Shown in pieces: positions 12,561 to 25,779 of a stretch of 64,000 nt of DNA. Both the position numbers and the translations under genes were made by a program. The notes beneath the pieces were generated by a model. It made no database searches. It was not told the DNA's origin and worked only from the letters and a program-made list of their open reading frames with translations. The stretch is from Hamiltosporidium tvaerminnensis FI-OER-3-3. Taxonomy: Eukaryota; Fungi; Microsporidia. Every line of letters starts with the position of its first letter. The first letter of the stretch is position 1. The stretch spans positions 496,001-560,000 of the forward strand of contig CM061248.1 of the NCBI GenBank assembly GCA_022605425.2, written 5' to 3'.

Positions 12561-13705
12561 AAAAAAATAAATAAAATATATGGTTTGCTAACTTGTGAAC
12601 CCAATTTTATCAATAGATTTAATGTCGAACAATTCGTTATTGGATAATGTGTGTGGCAATATAAATAAATTTTTAAGTTGTCAAAATATACATCGACTAT
12701 CAATAAAAATCTAAACATACTGGTTGTATTTTCGTTCCACTACCACTAGTTTTTTTCAAAGTAAATAAAAAATTATTATCAAAACACATATTTATTTAAC
12801 ACTTACGTATACTTATATTTATACTGACCAATAATATACTTATTATTGATTATCATATGCCATAAATGTTAGATAATTCGATGTAGATAATCTAATGAAG
12901 TAATTAGTCATATTTGAACTAATTATATAGCTTAATCATGCTCATTTACAACAATAATTGAAGTTAATAATACGTAAGAAGGTGTAAAACAAACAAATAC
13001 TAAAATTATTGAACCTTAGGTAGTGAATAAAATAAAGTTATCTAAGCTTATTCAAAGCATAGAAAAAAGTCAAATAGAAGTGAAAGTTAAAATAAAAAGA
13101 AAAATGATTTGGAAAAAACAAACAAAGATAACAAAAAAAACTGTTTAATTTTACATAAATTTTATTGAGATCAAAAAAAAAACTAAAGGCTAAAGGCTGT
13201 AATAAAAATGTGGAAAACCTAAATAGAAAAAATTACGAGTTAGTTAGAATTATTTGGATTATTTAATCATTTTAAAATCATTAAAAGTTAAATAATTTTT
13301 TCCTATTGCATAAAATTCAAACCCATAGGAATATGAATCGCAAATTAAAATATAGAATCATATGTTGCATGTTTCATTAAATTTAATTTCACAAAAGTTG
13401 ATATTCAGTTTCTCAATGCACAGCGAATTAAAAAATATTATTATTTTGTATAAGTCTTTTTATTTTGTAGTCAAATTTCATTTTAAACAAAATCCTACTT
13501 CTAACAACCATTTACGTACATTTTTCTCACAAGTATTTTATAATTTTAGTTTAGGTTTCTAAGTAATTTTCAGATTTAATTTGGCCTTTAAACTTCCGTA
13601 TATTTTTTTAAAATCATTTATCTAATTTTTCATTAAATTTTTAAACCAGTATTACAAACCAAAAATAAAGCATTCATTTTTATATCTATAACTCGTTTTT
13701 ATTAA

Positions 13706-13711
13706 CCCCCT
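13706..13711 (+). promoter_or_regulatory. Microsporidian CCC-like motif immediately upstream of ATG (example: RFA2)
   Basis: CCC lies within ~15 nt of the ATG of RFA2, TFA2, MCM5, APC1, the WD40 gene and the DENN gene, in otherwise C-poor DNA. This is a known microsporidian signal. Confidence 0.75.
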
Positions 13712-14401
13712 ATGAGTTATGATGATGGCGGTTATATTCATTCTTCACCAAAGAGAGAGGTTTCTTCATCGTTGAGAACAATTAGATCTTTTACAATTAA
13801 ACAAATTCTTAATTCACCTGTTGAAGAACCTTCTACAGATTACAGAATAGATGATGTCGAGGTAACTAATCTTCAAATCATGGGGTTTGTAAGAAGTACT
13901 CGTGTCAATACAACAGGAACCATTTTCAATGTTGAAGATACAACCGGTTCAATTGAATGTGCCTTTTGGCCGCGTGGTTTATTTGAAGAAGAAACAGTTG
14001 GACTTATTGAACCACCCAATCTTTTAAAAGTAGTTGGTTCTATTAGAGTATTTAATGGTGTTAAAACAATCGGAGCGTCATTTATATCTAAAATTGATGA
14101 TACAAATTTTTTTATTAAACATTTTGTTGAATGTATTTTTCAACATATGTTCTATTTAAAAACTCTTAAACTTACTAAAAACGTCAAAAAATCAGAGAAT
14201 AAAAGTTTTGCTAAAATAAAAGAAGATATAATAAATTGTTACAGGAGCAATCAAGATGAAAGAGGAATACATGTTGATATAGTTGTGGGTATGTTAAAAG
14301 ATAAATATCCAGAACAAGAGGTAAGAGAAAATATTGAAGCTTTATTGAATGATTGTCATCTTTACAGTGTGGAAGGCCTGGAATATCACACAACTGAATA
14401 A
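13712..14401 (+). CDS. RFA2: Replication protein A 32 kDa subunit
   Basis: TIRSFTIKQI, OB-fold EDTTGSIEC, LLKVVGSIRVF, C-terminal winged helix. CCCCCT before the ATG. Confidence 0.9.
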   Translation: MSYDDGGYIHSSPKREVSSSLRTIRSFTIKQILNSPVEEPSTDYRIDDVEVTNLQIMGFVRSTRVNTTGTIFNVEDTTGSIECAFWPRGLFEEETVGLIEPPNLLKVVGSIRVFNGVKTIGASFISKIDDTNFFIKHFVECIFQHMFYLKTLKLTKNVKKSENKSFAKIKEDIINCYRSNQDERGIHVDIVVGMLKDKYPEQEVRENIEALLNDCHLYSVEGLEYHTTE

Positions 14402-14441
14402 AAACAATTTTTTGTGTTTAAATTAAATTTGCTTATTGAAG

Positions 14442-15071
14442 TTAACTTAAGTCAAGGTTAAGATCTTTAATGTGGGTATTTGTTATCTTAATTTTTCTTT
14501 TGTATTTTTTTACTTTACTTTTTTGTACAACAACGTATCTCTTCTTTTCTTCTTGTATTCCGCTTTTAATACCAGCTGTATTTAATTCTTTGATGAGATC
14601 TTGATAATTTGGTACTGAAATTGTATGAAATAAACTTTTAATTTGGGGTGCAGCTGTATTTTGAATTGTGCCATTAAAAAATACAATCTGAGAATTATCT
14701 GTGTCTTTAAGAACAAAGATCTTATTTTCTTTTTGCAGTTCTGCTATAAATGGCTGTACATCTACTGGTGAATCAAGTAAATCATTCAAAAGCAATCCTC
14801 CTTCCGATTCTTTCATTATTTTTTCTAAATCTTCGGCTGATCTTATATTATAAAGAGGTTGAAATAGAAGTGTGTCATTTGTAAAAGTTATTTTTGGATT
14901 TTTGTGAAGAATGTCAAATAATTGTCGATTTTGTGTCAGATCTATATTTAAAGATTGTTTTATTTCACTAAATGATAATGGGCGGTCATGCTGCTTAAGA
15001 AGAGTTAATATAGCATGTATGTAGCTATTTAAATGTCGATATGAAGGTTCTCTATTATAATTATGGTACAT
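14442..15071 (-). CDS. TFA2: Transcription initiation factor IIE beta subunit
   Basis: LHKNPKI, FQPLYNIRS, basic C-terminus KRKIKITNTH. CCCCAA before the ATG. Confidence 0.88.
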   Translation of the reverse strand: MYHNYNREPSYRHLNSYIHAILTLLKQHDRPLSFSEIKQSLNIDLTQNRQLFDILHKNPKITFTNDTLLFQPLYNIRSAEDLEKIMKESEGGLLLNDLLDSPVDVQPFIAELQKENKIFVLKDTDNSQIVFFNGTIQNTAAPQIKSLFHTISVPNYQDLIKELNTAGIKSGIQEEKKRYVVVQKSKVKKYKRKIKITNTHIKDLNLDLS

Positions 15072-16217
15072 TTGGGGAGAATTTAAATAATTTGTTTTAA
15101 AAGTTTTAAAATATATTTTTTTTATTTTGATACAAAAACGTTACACCAAGAATTTTTGAGTTAAAATTTTTTTTGATTTCTTTTTGTATTTGTAAAGCCA
15201 CAAAACAAAAATAAAAGCAAAAAAGAAGATGATTTAATTGTTTAGTTTTTTTGTCAAAAAAATTTTATAGACAAACTATTTGTTTCAATTCTTTATATAG
15301 TTCATTGATCAAATTCTTTGAAATTATAAATTAATTTTCAAATATAAATTCTTTTATAAGATTAGATTTTTAAATGTTTTTTAATTATTCTGTTTATATT
15401 TCGTATTTACCTTTATGGTGGAGATTTTTTTGACTTCTATATATATTTTAAAAAGATATTTCCTTAAACTAAATATTTTTCAATAGCAGCAGGTTTACTT
15501 ATAGATTAAAATAATTTAAACATCTAATTTGAAGGAACATATGGGGTTATATTTCTTAAAAAAGTTAATTATTATTTTATTATTTTAAAGCTTTGAAATT
15601 ACATGATTCTACAATAAAAAAATAAAAAATATGCGATCCTGGCAGTTTATAACTGGATACATCAAAGATAAGAATATAAGAAGCGGCCCTGTTTATGCGG
15701 GGATCCGCTGGACTGAAATATAAAAATAATTTACTAAACAAAATATATACCTTTTAACTCATATGAGTTATTTTAGGTGAATTATTAAGTAGAGGAATTG
15801 CAACAAAGAGCAGAAATTTAATAATTTTGAGTCTATAAATCAAATATTTTTTACTTATTAAAGATTTTTCAATTATTCTGCCAAAGTTTAGATCCGAATT
15901 AGGAAAAAATTGTACCTGTTCCTTAACTGGTTTTCATTTATAATAGATTTTATTTAAAGAAGTACATCAAAACATTTTTAAAAATAATTGCAATTTCGTT
16001 ACTATTTTAGACAATTATTAAAAATGTTTTTATACAAGGAATTTTAACACAAATAAATGTTACTTTAAATGAATGAAATATTTATGATTATTTTTAAAAT
16101 TGATGCTTTGATTTTCTTTTTAATAAGTATAAAAAATTTTTTGAAATATATTTCCGAATTTTATTCAAATAAACAAGATGTATTGTAGAATAATTATAAT
16201 AATTGAAGTAATCATAG

Positions 16218-16942
16218 TTTTATTTAAAAGTATCACATCTTTTTAAAATAGTGGCAAGTGTTATATTTGTTTTCATGAAATTAACGCAGTTCTATGTTTA
16301 AATTAAATAATTGCTATCCCAACACTCCATAGGTAAAACCTGCGATACCTACGTTCCAAAGCCTTTCATCTAAAAGGTGTGTAGAATTAATTAATGTGTG
16401 AGGCATTGCCCAGAGTTCGTTAATGTCCGTTGGATGAAGTGCGATCGTAGGTCGAAAACCACCCTAGGCTGCCTCAAGACTATGCAGTATTTCGATTTAC
16501 TCTACACTTTCTGAACCCAATAAATTTCTAGCTGAGATATATTTCAGAGATTTACATGAAGTCCACCTAGACAGTGCAATGTCATACCAACAGGTATAAC
16601 CTGCTACTTAGCTTTTCCGGCTTTTAATGGTTTTGATTTATATCTCCCAGGCGCTAAGTCTTCTAACCCGAGTGAGCAAGGCTAGGTTTCCATGCTTTTA
16701 CATGGCAATTACCTTCATGTTCAGCTGCGGTCTGCAATCTGGTTACATAAAAAACTACAAATAAATTTGTAGAAAAAGTTTCTCCATTTCTTAGACTTCT
16801 TCTTCTCATAACAACTCCCATGGAATAACCGAAGATCTAGTGTGGTTGTATTCCCACTAAAAATCCAAACAATGACCTTAAAACCAGTTTCACACACTCA
16901 TTGCCAAGCAGAATGTTTTTTATGTGGTTATCCTCCCTCCAC
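16218..16942 (-). mobile_element. ~730-bp structured non-coding SINE-like element, full-length copy
   Basis: Collinear with 33240-33970 end to end. Possible degenerate TSD aagtaatcatagtt / aagtgacacagtt. Confidence 0.85.
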
Positions 16943-17399
16943 AAAAGTGACACAGTTTATAATTAGTTTTTAGTAAATAAAAATTAGTAGAAATATCAGC
17001 CGTAATAAAGAAAAAAAATATAAAGAATATAAAAGCAGATCAGAATTAACAAACTACGACACAGAGATAAAAATAATTGTTGACTTAATCTGCAAAAAAA
17101 TAATAATACGAGAACAGAAAAGCATATATAACAGAATACTGTGAGATTTTTGCTAAATATGAATTACACTTAATTTACCATCATTCAAAACGGAAGCAAA
17201 TAATTTTTTCGATTTTTTTTTTCGAAAAGGTTCTAATTAAATGATAGAAAGTATAATTAAGTTTTATTAAAAGTTTTAAAGTAATTGATTGCTTTAAACA
17301 ATATAATACTCTTTAGTTTAATAAAAATTTTAACACAAAATAAATTATGGTTAAAATATGTTGATCAAAAATGATTATAAATTTATTCGAAAGTTTTAT

Positions 17400-19701
17400 C
17401 TATTCAATTGATAAAATGCCCACTGGTAAAATTTCTTTCAAATATAGGACATATTCTGGTATTACAGTATCTTCAGAAATTCGTAAAAGTATATATTTTA
17501 AATTCGGAAATGAACACTTACCGATGCATTCAATCAAATGGCTGTTGAACATGCAATCATAGAATTTTAAATGAATTAATTTTTTCAAATTGTTTAAAAA
17601 CCTAATATCGTTATTTGATATAAAGATATTCCACAGGGCAACCGAAAAAATGTTATAATTCATAGTCTGATCAAACAAATCACAAAAGCTTAAACCCTGA
17701 AGTTTGATTTTTTTAAAACATATTTCTTTCAATTGATTTAAATTAGCCAAAATGTTTTTATCGTAAATTCTACAAAAAATATTTTCCACTTCTAAATATT
17801 CAATAGTATCAAAATTATTTTCACAACAAATATCTCTTAAAAATTCATATTTCGTTTGGAAACAGAGTGAAAGTTTATTTGTAGCGATAAATTGATTTAT
17901 TGCTGATGAGTGATTAATTTGTGCATTAAAATTTTTATAAATAAGATTTTCTATTTTTTTTATAGGAATAAATTTCTCTTCATATCGTAATGGAACAAAA
18001 TCTTCTGTTAAATTCCAATACCACGGTTTTTATATTGACTAGCATTCTAATAAATTCGAATATCATATAGAAGTTATGAAACATAGCTACCGTGATATTC
18101 AAAATATTTTATAGAATAATTAAAAGTCGAAAATGATGCATTGTTATTCATAAAAATTTTCGTATCCGAAAAGGCCAAATATTCTAATGATTCTAGACTT
18201 AAAATATCATTTAAAACGTTAGAGTAAATTTTTAAGTAGATTAGTTTCAAATAAGAGATTTGATCTGAAAATTTGTCAAAAAAAATTAATTCATTTATGT
18301 CTAATGTTATTATTAATTTGATTTTCAGTTTATCCAATTTTTTAAAATTACAAATTCTACCCGAAATACTCCAATATAAATTTTTACATCTGAAATGCAT
18401 AACATTATGCAGATTTTCTTCTGATATCAAAAAGTCAAACAACCAAGAATGTTCACATATTTCCGTTATTTCGCACTCAGTTGGTTCAAAATCGTTTCTA
18501 TAGATCGATGTCTTAGAACCAATATTTTTTTTCTTCAAGGCGCTTTCCATGGTTTTCTTTAAACTTTCAAAAAGTTTTTTGTAAATCACTATTCATTCCA
18601 GTGTCGAAGTCAATATATAAGTCGCTTTGAATAAACGTAAATTTTTGATTGCACAATTGTTTTGAAAACAACGAAAACCTTACTTCTATATTATAAATAA
18701 TAAAATAAATATTAGTTGAGTTCAAGAAAATCACGTTATTATTACACAAATCAATCAATTTATCATTTATAGTAATACAAAAAAAATATACATTTTCAAT
18801 TTTTGAATTGATTAAGGATAAAATACCGTCTAAGAATTTTAAAATATATTTTACCTCATAAAATATTATGTATTTAAAATTCGAAAGAAAAAAATTAATG
18901 AAAACATTCCTTTTGGTTTTTCAAGGTAAGAAATATTTATAAAATAAAAATCGAGTAAATCTATTGTAATTGTCAATATTTCACTTTTGTTCTTTTCAAA
19001 ATTAATCTCATATTTCTTAAATTCTTCAAAATAACTATCTTTATCAATAAATATATCATATAATACTTGATAGGGAAAATAAATATCCAAAATTTCATTT
19101 ATGATCATACAATAAAATTTATATGATATATGTTTTGAGGTTTCAGCTACAAAAGATTTAGCCTTTTCATCTAATTTATTATCCACAGAAGTCGATAACG
19201 AAGTTAAAATATTTCTAATTATATTTAAAAAATTATTATCAAAATTGGCATCTAAGGCATCTAAAAATTCAATCAATACAAAAAATTCTTCAAAACTTAA
19301 GTTTTTGATTGGAAAATAAAACGAAAACTGAATAAAATTTGATAATAATATAAAAAATTTATCTTCTACTAAAACTTTTAAATATTATCACCTTTTTGAT
19401 TGAAACTCATTCTATTATCATCTTTTAAACTAATGGGAAAATTATGTATATTTGCTAAAATCATGTACGAATTAAACTTTAAATTCAAAACACTTTTTAA
19501 AAGCCTAAATTCTTCGGTTTCATTCGATTTATGAATTTTTACCACATATACATTAATAAAATTTATGGAAGAAACTTCATGATTAGATGTAATAATATCT
19601 ATTTGATCGTTTTTATAATCCATTACAATATTTGATTTCGATGAAAATATATAGCATTCGAATGATAAAATTAAGATAACCAGCCTAACTATTTTCTTCA
19701 T
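17400..19701 (-). pseudogene. Fragmented member of a lineage-specific family with hydrophobic N-terminus and LRR-like C-terminus
   Basis: Five collinear minus-strand ORFs. Start MKKIVRLVILILSF is signal-like. FPIKNLSFEEFFVLIEFLDAL resembles LPVHKMTIKKFYTILYFLEYF of 56637. LxxLxxL repeats (LESLEYLAF, LKKLIHLKF). Confidence 0.65.
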
Positions 19702-20399
19702 TTCTGAATTCTCTTGTCCTCGCTTAGAAAAAATATGAATATTTAAATTACAAAATTTTCTAATTAATGGAACAGAAGAATTTCATCGAACAGCAAAAAA
19801 AAAATAATTGTATATATCAAATTTGAAAAATATATTAAAAAAATTATGTTTTTTTTAAAAAATTTTGAATGGGTCTGAAAAATTTCAATATGGATGTTTT
19901 TCTTACGCTGAATTGTACATGTAGATTTACTTATTCCAAAGAAAAAAATTCTAGTTCTTTTTAAGTTTATATGATAGTTGAAAAATGAAAACCAACCTAT
20001 TCATTCAAGGAAATTGTGAGTATTCAAAAGAACAAACTACGACTAAGAAAATGCTGAGCGTATCCTCTGATATAGAAATAAATTAATTTTACAGTAAAAA
20101 AAATACTAAAAGAAATATCTGAGTAAAAAAATTTAAGATCAATTAACTATCGTTAATGTTTAAATTTAGATCCATAGGAAACATGGTAGGATTTAATATG
20201 TTAAATTTCTATATACATCACTTTAATATATTTTTCATCATTCAAACGTTTTTCTAACCAAATCATATCAGTAGATCACTGTAAAAATATATAAAAAAAA
20301 GATCTTATGCATAAATTCCAGAACTAAATAACTAACTCCGGCACTGCTGCTATCGGAGAGTTAGGGCTTCCTTAAAGAACTCTTCGATTCTTCTGTATT

Positions 20400-23375
20400 A
20401 TAATCTAAAATTTTCTTGGGGGTTTTCCCCCTCATACAGCCTTCTTTATCTTGCCTTACCTCGTCCGCCCTATCTTCTGGTGCAGAACTAAGACTTTAGG
20501 TAAAAAAATTTTTGTCGGCATTCATTCCGAGTGCCCTAGCCGTCTAGTTTTCTCTCTATATAATGGTGAAAAGATTAGATTCTTCGTAAATTTCATATAT
20601 TCCTAGATTTTTCAAATTATTAACTCGTATTTTAAAATATTGGACCAAAAATTCTTTTAAATATAATTCTTGCTTAAATTTCCAACAAATTTCTGTTTAT
20701 TTTGATCATTATCAATGGTTTGAATGTATAAAATATCCTGGATCTAAAAAATGTTCAACACATCTGATTTTTCTTATTTCTATTTATTATATTTGACTTA
20801 GTTAGTGTAGCAAAGCAAAATAAGTCTTGTAACCTGCTTTATTATTTCTTTAATTACATAAGAATTTTAATTATCCTTGTTCAAGAGTCATCCAAAGTAT
20901 TTAAAGCTTGATGCTTTTTCAAACATATAAGAATCAATTTTTAAACGATTTCTGGGGTAGCCATGGAATAGAGACATAAACGTATATTTTGTCTAATATT
21001 CATTCTATCTTTTCTCAATTTCGCTGCCAATTTCTTTAATTCGATTTTATTTCCTCTACATTTATTTCCACGGTAGCCAAAGCATCTGCAAATGCTACCC
21101 ATCGTGGGATTCCCTCAACTATTATAGTGCTATTATTTTTTTTGCTAACTTACGGATTATTTTCTCTAGTGTTGGGTGGATATTGCGTAAGTAATGTATA
21201 TATCTGTCCTGGTCGCTAGCCCATGTCAAAACAAACAAAATATATTACCGGTTAAAAATAATTTTTCTTTGGTTTATATCATAAAGTTTAATTAAACGAA
21301 TAATTTTATCTTAATTTTCAAATTTTCGAGTGTTCTTTACATAGAATTCCCGGTCAATGTTGTTATATGCTTACTTCTAGCCTCAAAAAATATGATAAAT
21401 CTAGATATTATGTTCAAAGCGTTTTTCAAGCATCATTCTTGTAGCAAATATTTGAACGGTTGTTGGTCAGCTCCCTCTTAATCTAAATTCGTAATCACCA
21501 AGAGCGTCTTCTACTTATGGCCCTAATCCTTGAAATTATTTTTGTGAGGATTTTGTATCAAATATTAGAAGGGAAATGCCTCTTTAATCGGAGCACTATG
21601 TTTCAAATTCTTTTTTATGAATGGATATCAAATAAATAATTTACTCCTAGGTATTCTTATTACGCATATATTCCTTTGATTAGGGATTAAAGTCGTTTCA
21701 AAAAATCTTATCAATAGTTAAGAGGTAGATGCGAGCTGTTGCTCTCTAAGCGGCTTATGATTCTTTAGATTCATTATAGCATCTTTTGTCTTTGCCAATA
21801 GTAAATGCTAAATAGCCTTTTCTTGATCTCAATGAGAGCATTTTTTTCCTTAATAAATTTTTCTATTATTATATTTTCTGGTTTACATTCTATTTTAGCT
21901 TTAAAATTATCTTTGAAATATGTAGCTCCTTTATTTAGAACTTTTTTAAGATCTGAAAAATGCTTAAGTCTGTATATTCTACTAGTAAATTTCGGGCTTG
22001 AAAACCGTTTCGCTTATTCAATATCATTTCGTACACTTTAAGAATCTTTTGATTTCAGCCATTTTTATTTTTCGAATATATATGTCTCCCGTGCTCTTTT
22101 TATTCTTAATATATACGAGGCTCTGGTCTTTTCTCTACTAAACTCTGCGCTTGGTTTTCCTTTTTTTCATAGCCTTTCATATTTAGCCAAATTTCGATCC
22201 TTGATTACTTCCTTGCATTCCTGATCATAGCATATTTCTTGCTTCTAGTATTTTCTATATCCCAGTACTACGTTTGCTTTTGTTTCATAGATTCTTTAAA
22301 GCCAAACCAATGATTATTTACTTCATCTGATGATCCATATGTATCTTCGCACAAGTATTTATTTATTCATTTAAGAGAAATTTTTCTGAATCTAGGATGT
22401 CGTGCAATTTATTGCAATTATGTCTTTGAAGGTTGGGATTCTTAATTGTCTCGAGCATTGGTATCTGTTCTCTATATTTTATGCTCAACAAGAAATGATC
22501 ACTGTCTATATTGGTGCCTCCAAACTGCGCACAGCCCTAATACTTGACGCATTTCTAGAGTCAATAACTTCGTGGTCGATTTGGATATAGATCTCTCTAT
22601 CTGGTGAATGCTAATTGTATTTGTGAATTTCTTTTGCAGGAAATAAACGCTCAAACAATCATATTTTGGCTAACTACAGAATCAGGAATCTAACACTATT
22701 AATACTTGATCCAAATGAATACCTTCTCATCTTATTTTGGATCGTTTGTATGTTTCTTTACCTATTTTTGCCTTAAGTGCTTCACAAAAATAATATGACA
22801 TACAAGGTTGATTTGTCATATATATGTTAATCTGTCATAAAATCCGTCTTTTTCATCTTTGCTTGCATATTATAATGAGGCAAGTCAAAACATCAAGATA
22901 GTGCTGAAAATTGACCTTTTATATTAGGTGAACATGGTCTTTTGTCTATAAGTTTAAAATCTAAACCCTCCTTTGTTGCATTGTTTTTGAATCGCAAAGG
23001 TTGTTCTAAACGTGTTAGGTGTATTTTGACTGTAAAAAAGTATTTATTCTTTCGTTTTTAAAACCTCCGCTTTTTTCTTTCGTATTTCATGCAGAGCTAC
23101 GATATCTATATTATATTTCTTAAGTTCTAGAATAAGATTAGTCGATGCTAGTGCTCGAAAGAGACGGCGAGGTTTCCATATTCCGGTATTGCTTAGTTTT
23201 TTTTCCTTGGCTAATATTTTTTGAAAAACTTGTTTTATGTAGTTCGTGGTTTAGTTTTGGTTGCTTAACAATATTTTTCTCTAAGATAAGACCGCTAGCT
23301 CTAAACTCAACCTTCATTTTTATCCGGGCTTAAGACCGGCTAAGAGGGCATGGTACCCCTTCATGGGTATTAATC
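20400..23375 (-). mobile_element. Near full-length decayed RTE-clade LINE (APE + RT)
   Basis: APE remnant DEKDGFYDRLT (~22850), RT motif VAFAD (~21085), RTE-like 3' region and a structured 5' end. Many stops and frameshifts. Confidence 0.75.
23308..23375 (-). ncRNA. Degenerate type-P1 twister-ribozyme-like sequence at the RTE 5' end
   Basis: Minus strand reads GAT-TAA-TACCCAT-GAAGGGGTACCATGCCCTCTT-AG-CCGG-TCTTAAGC-CCGG-ATAAAAAT-GAAGG-TT. P4, its loop and the downstream segment resemble the twister core GCCGGUCCCAAGCCCGGAUAAA..GAGGG. P2 and T2 are not intact. Confidence 0.55.
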
Positions 23376-23574
23376 TTTCATTTACATTGCATATATATTT
23401 ACTATTAGAACATAAAAGGTAATTCCTAAAAATTATTTAATTTTAAGGTAATGATAATCATATATATGTATATAATTTACAGGGTAACTAGAAAAAAATA
23501 GTTTGACTTCGAAAAATCAAAAATTTTTATTTTTTTAATCATCATATTTTTTAAGAAAATAATTTTGTATCTCT

Positions 23575-24283
23575 TTTTATTTAATAGATTCCGTTTCCTA
23601 AAAAAATTGGCATGGCTCAAAGTATTTTCAAGACATCCAGTTAATTCTAACCTCAAAATATAAAATCCCCGCCAAAGCACATACGTGGTATTTCCTTAAA
23701 TAAATATATCTTAAACCCTTTCATTAAAAAAGAGAAGAGAATCAATTTAATGGACTAAGAAAGTGGTCAGAGTTTGTTAATATTTGTTGTATGGAAATAG
23801 ATTAACTCGAATCCGCTTTGGGCTCTGCAAGATCCACACTATTTACTTTGATCTAGCCTTTTAGAATCATAAGACTTACGAGCAAAATTATGTATCAGCA
23901 CTTACCTGAGGTCCACCTAGATGGAGCAATGCGATCACTACTATAATCTGCTATGTGGGATCGCCGGCTTTTTAGGGTATGTTCTTTCGTATAATCTAGG
24001 CACCAAGTCTTCTGACTCGAGTGAGTAAGACATGTAAAGCTTTGATACAGCAATTACCTACAGATTTTATGTAGTTCGCAATCTAACACATTAAAAACCA
24101 AAAACCATATTTGTGAAAATAGTTTCACTATTTCTTTGAACTTCTCTTCCCCTTATGCAAACGACCATAGAACAACGAATCTGTAGGTGGTTTTATCTCA
24201 ACCAAAATTCAAAAAAAGATTTAAAATATATTTCATTTTTTCATGCTAAGCAGATAGTTTTAATGTAATTATTCTTTTTCTAC
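23575..24283 (-). mobile_element. Highly diverged copy or subfamily of the ~730-bp element
   Basis: Collinear blocks ggtccacctaga, aagtcttctgactcgagtgag, gcaattacctaca, aagcagatagtttt match the consensus in order. Confidence 0.7.
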
Positions 24284-25189
24284 ATATTAACTAAATAATT
24301 AAATTGCTTTTTTTATAAAACACGACTATCGAGATTAAATCAGTATATCTTTCTCAAATTTTCCATAAAATTTATTTTAGTTTAAGTTTAGATGTTAAAA
24401 CAAAAATACATTTTTTACTTTGTTGCAAATCAAATACAAGAACAATAAAAAAAACTGGATAGATAAAAACAATCAAAACATTTTTCTCATATACATTTAT
24501 TAGTTTTTATATTAGGAACGATAATCAACTAAACAGATTTACACTATCAATTAATTTAAATTTTATAATTTTAAAAGTATTATTGCTTTACATAATTTTA
24601 GTATCAAGGCGGAGCATGTAGTATTGTAGTATAACTGAAAAATTCTTTAAAATTAATTGTATAAAACACCACCAATCTAAATATATAATATTCGATTTCA
24701 ACAAATTATTTCATTTTGGCTATTTTTTAATTTAGATATTATGAATATATGTTATACGTATTGGTTTCATATTAATTGCTTATGGAGCAAATGTATTTGT
24801 TGAACAAATAAAAAAGTTTCGCAATATTTCCAGTAAAATACAAATTAGGGTTAAATAATTGTGGAATATTCAAAAATTTGATATTTTTAAAATCATATCA
24901 AAATATATCTCTTAAGAATAATTATTATGGAATTTGCGCAGTCGAGTGGGGTATTTTACAGAATATTACGTTTAAAATAAAGCCAGACCTATTAGATTTA
25001 TGCCCTATCGTTAAAAGTACTATGGTTATTATGATACATTATTCCTGAAAAGATTCACCAGCTTAAAGCAGTAAATTCTGACCCAAAGGCTAGCTAAGCG
25101 ATTCAACATCGTTAATGATTGTTTATTGATTGTACATTTCACTTTGCTCGACCTCTATTATTAGAGAACTGTAGATTTTATACGCAAAT

Positions 25190-25640
25190 CCCAATTTAGA
25201 ACCTAAGTCCTAGGCGGAATTCCTGCACCTATCTACTCTTGTTTCACCACCCAAACCTGCGCCGACATGTCCCGCCTACATTACCACCCCTATGCTCCCG
25301 CCTAAATTACCACCTAGACCAGCGTTATATCTAATACCGCCTAAACCCGCGCTTAAAACACTACGTAAACCAATATCACCACCAATACTTGCGCCTGCGC
25401 CTAAACAACTACCGCCTACCAACACCAGCGTCTGCGCCCAACCTTTCACCTAAATTAATACCATCATTAATGCGTTCGCCCACACTAATACCATCTGTTA
25501 AACCAGTTTCACTCGATAAGCCTGCTTCCTCTGAAAAAAGACCATTTGAGGCATATAAATCTGTACCATTCAAGAAAATATTATCATTTGCCCCTGCCTC
25601 TTCCGAAAAATATGCCCATCTTATTTTTTCACTATAAAGT
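25190..25640 (-). pseudogene. Frameshifted glycine-rich low-complexity coding remnant
   Basis: Minus strand translates YFSEEAGAND...GERLGADAGVG, then after a frame change VGGSCLGAGASIGGDIGLRSVLSAGLGGIRYNAGLGGNLGGSIG. GC-rich island with GGN codon periodicity. Confidence 0.6.
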
Positions 25641-25779
25641 CACATTATATTTATTACACTATACAAAAGAAAATCTGTTTTCATATATTCTCCGATCAAA
25701 AGTGAACTTATACTTTTATTGTTTTAATTAATTACTTGAATTTTGTTATGAATTAATATAAAATATATTATTTAATCAT

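Noticed and set aside
20330-20385. Hairpin CTAACT-CCG...CGG-AG-AGTTAG resembling twister P1/P2
   Set aside because: Interior too short for P4/L4, and single copy.
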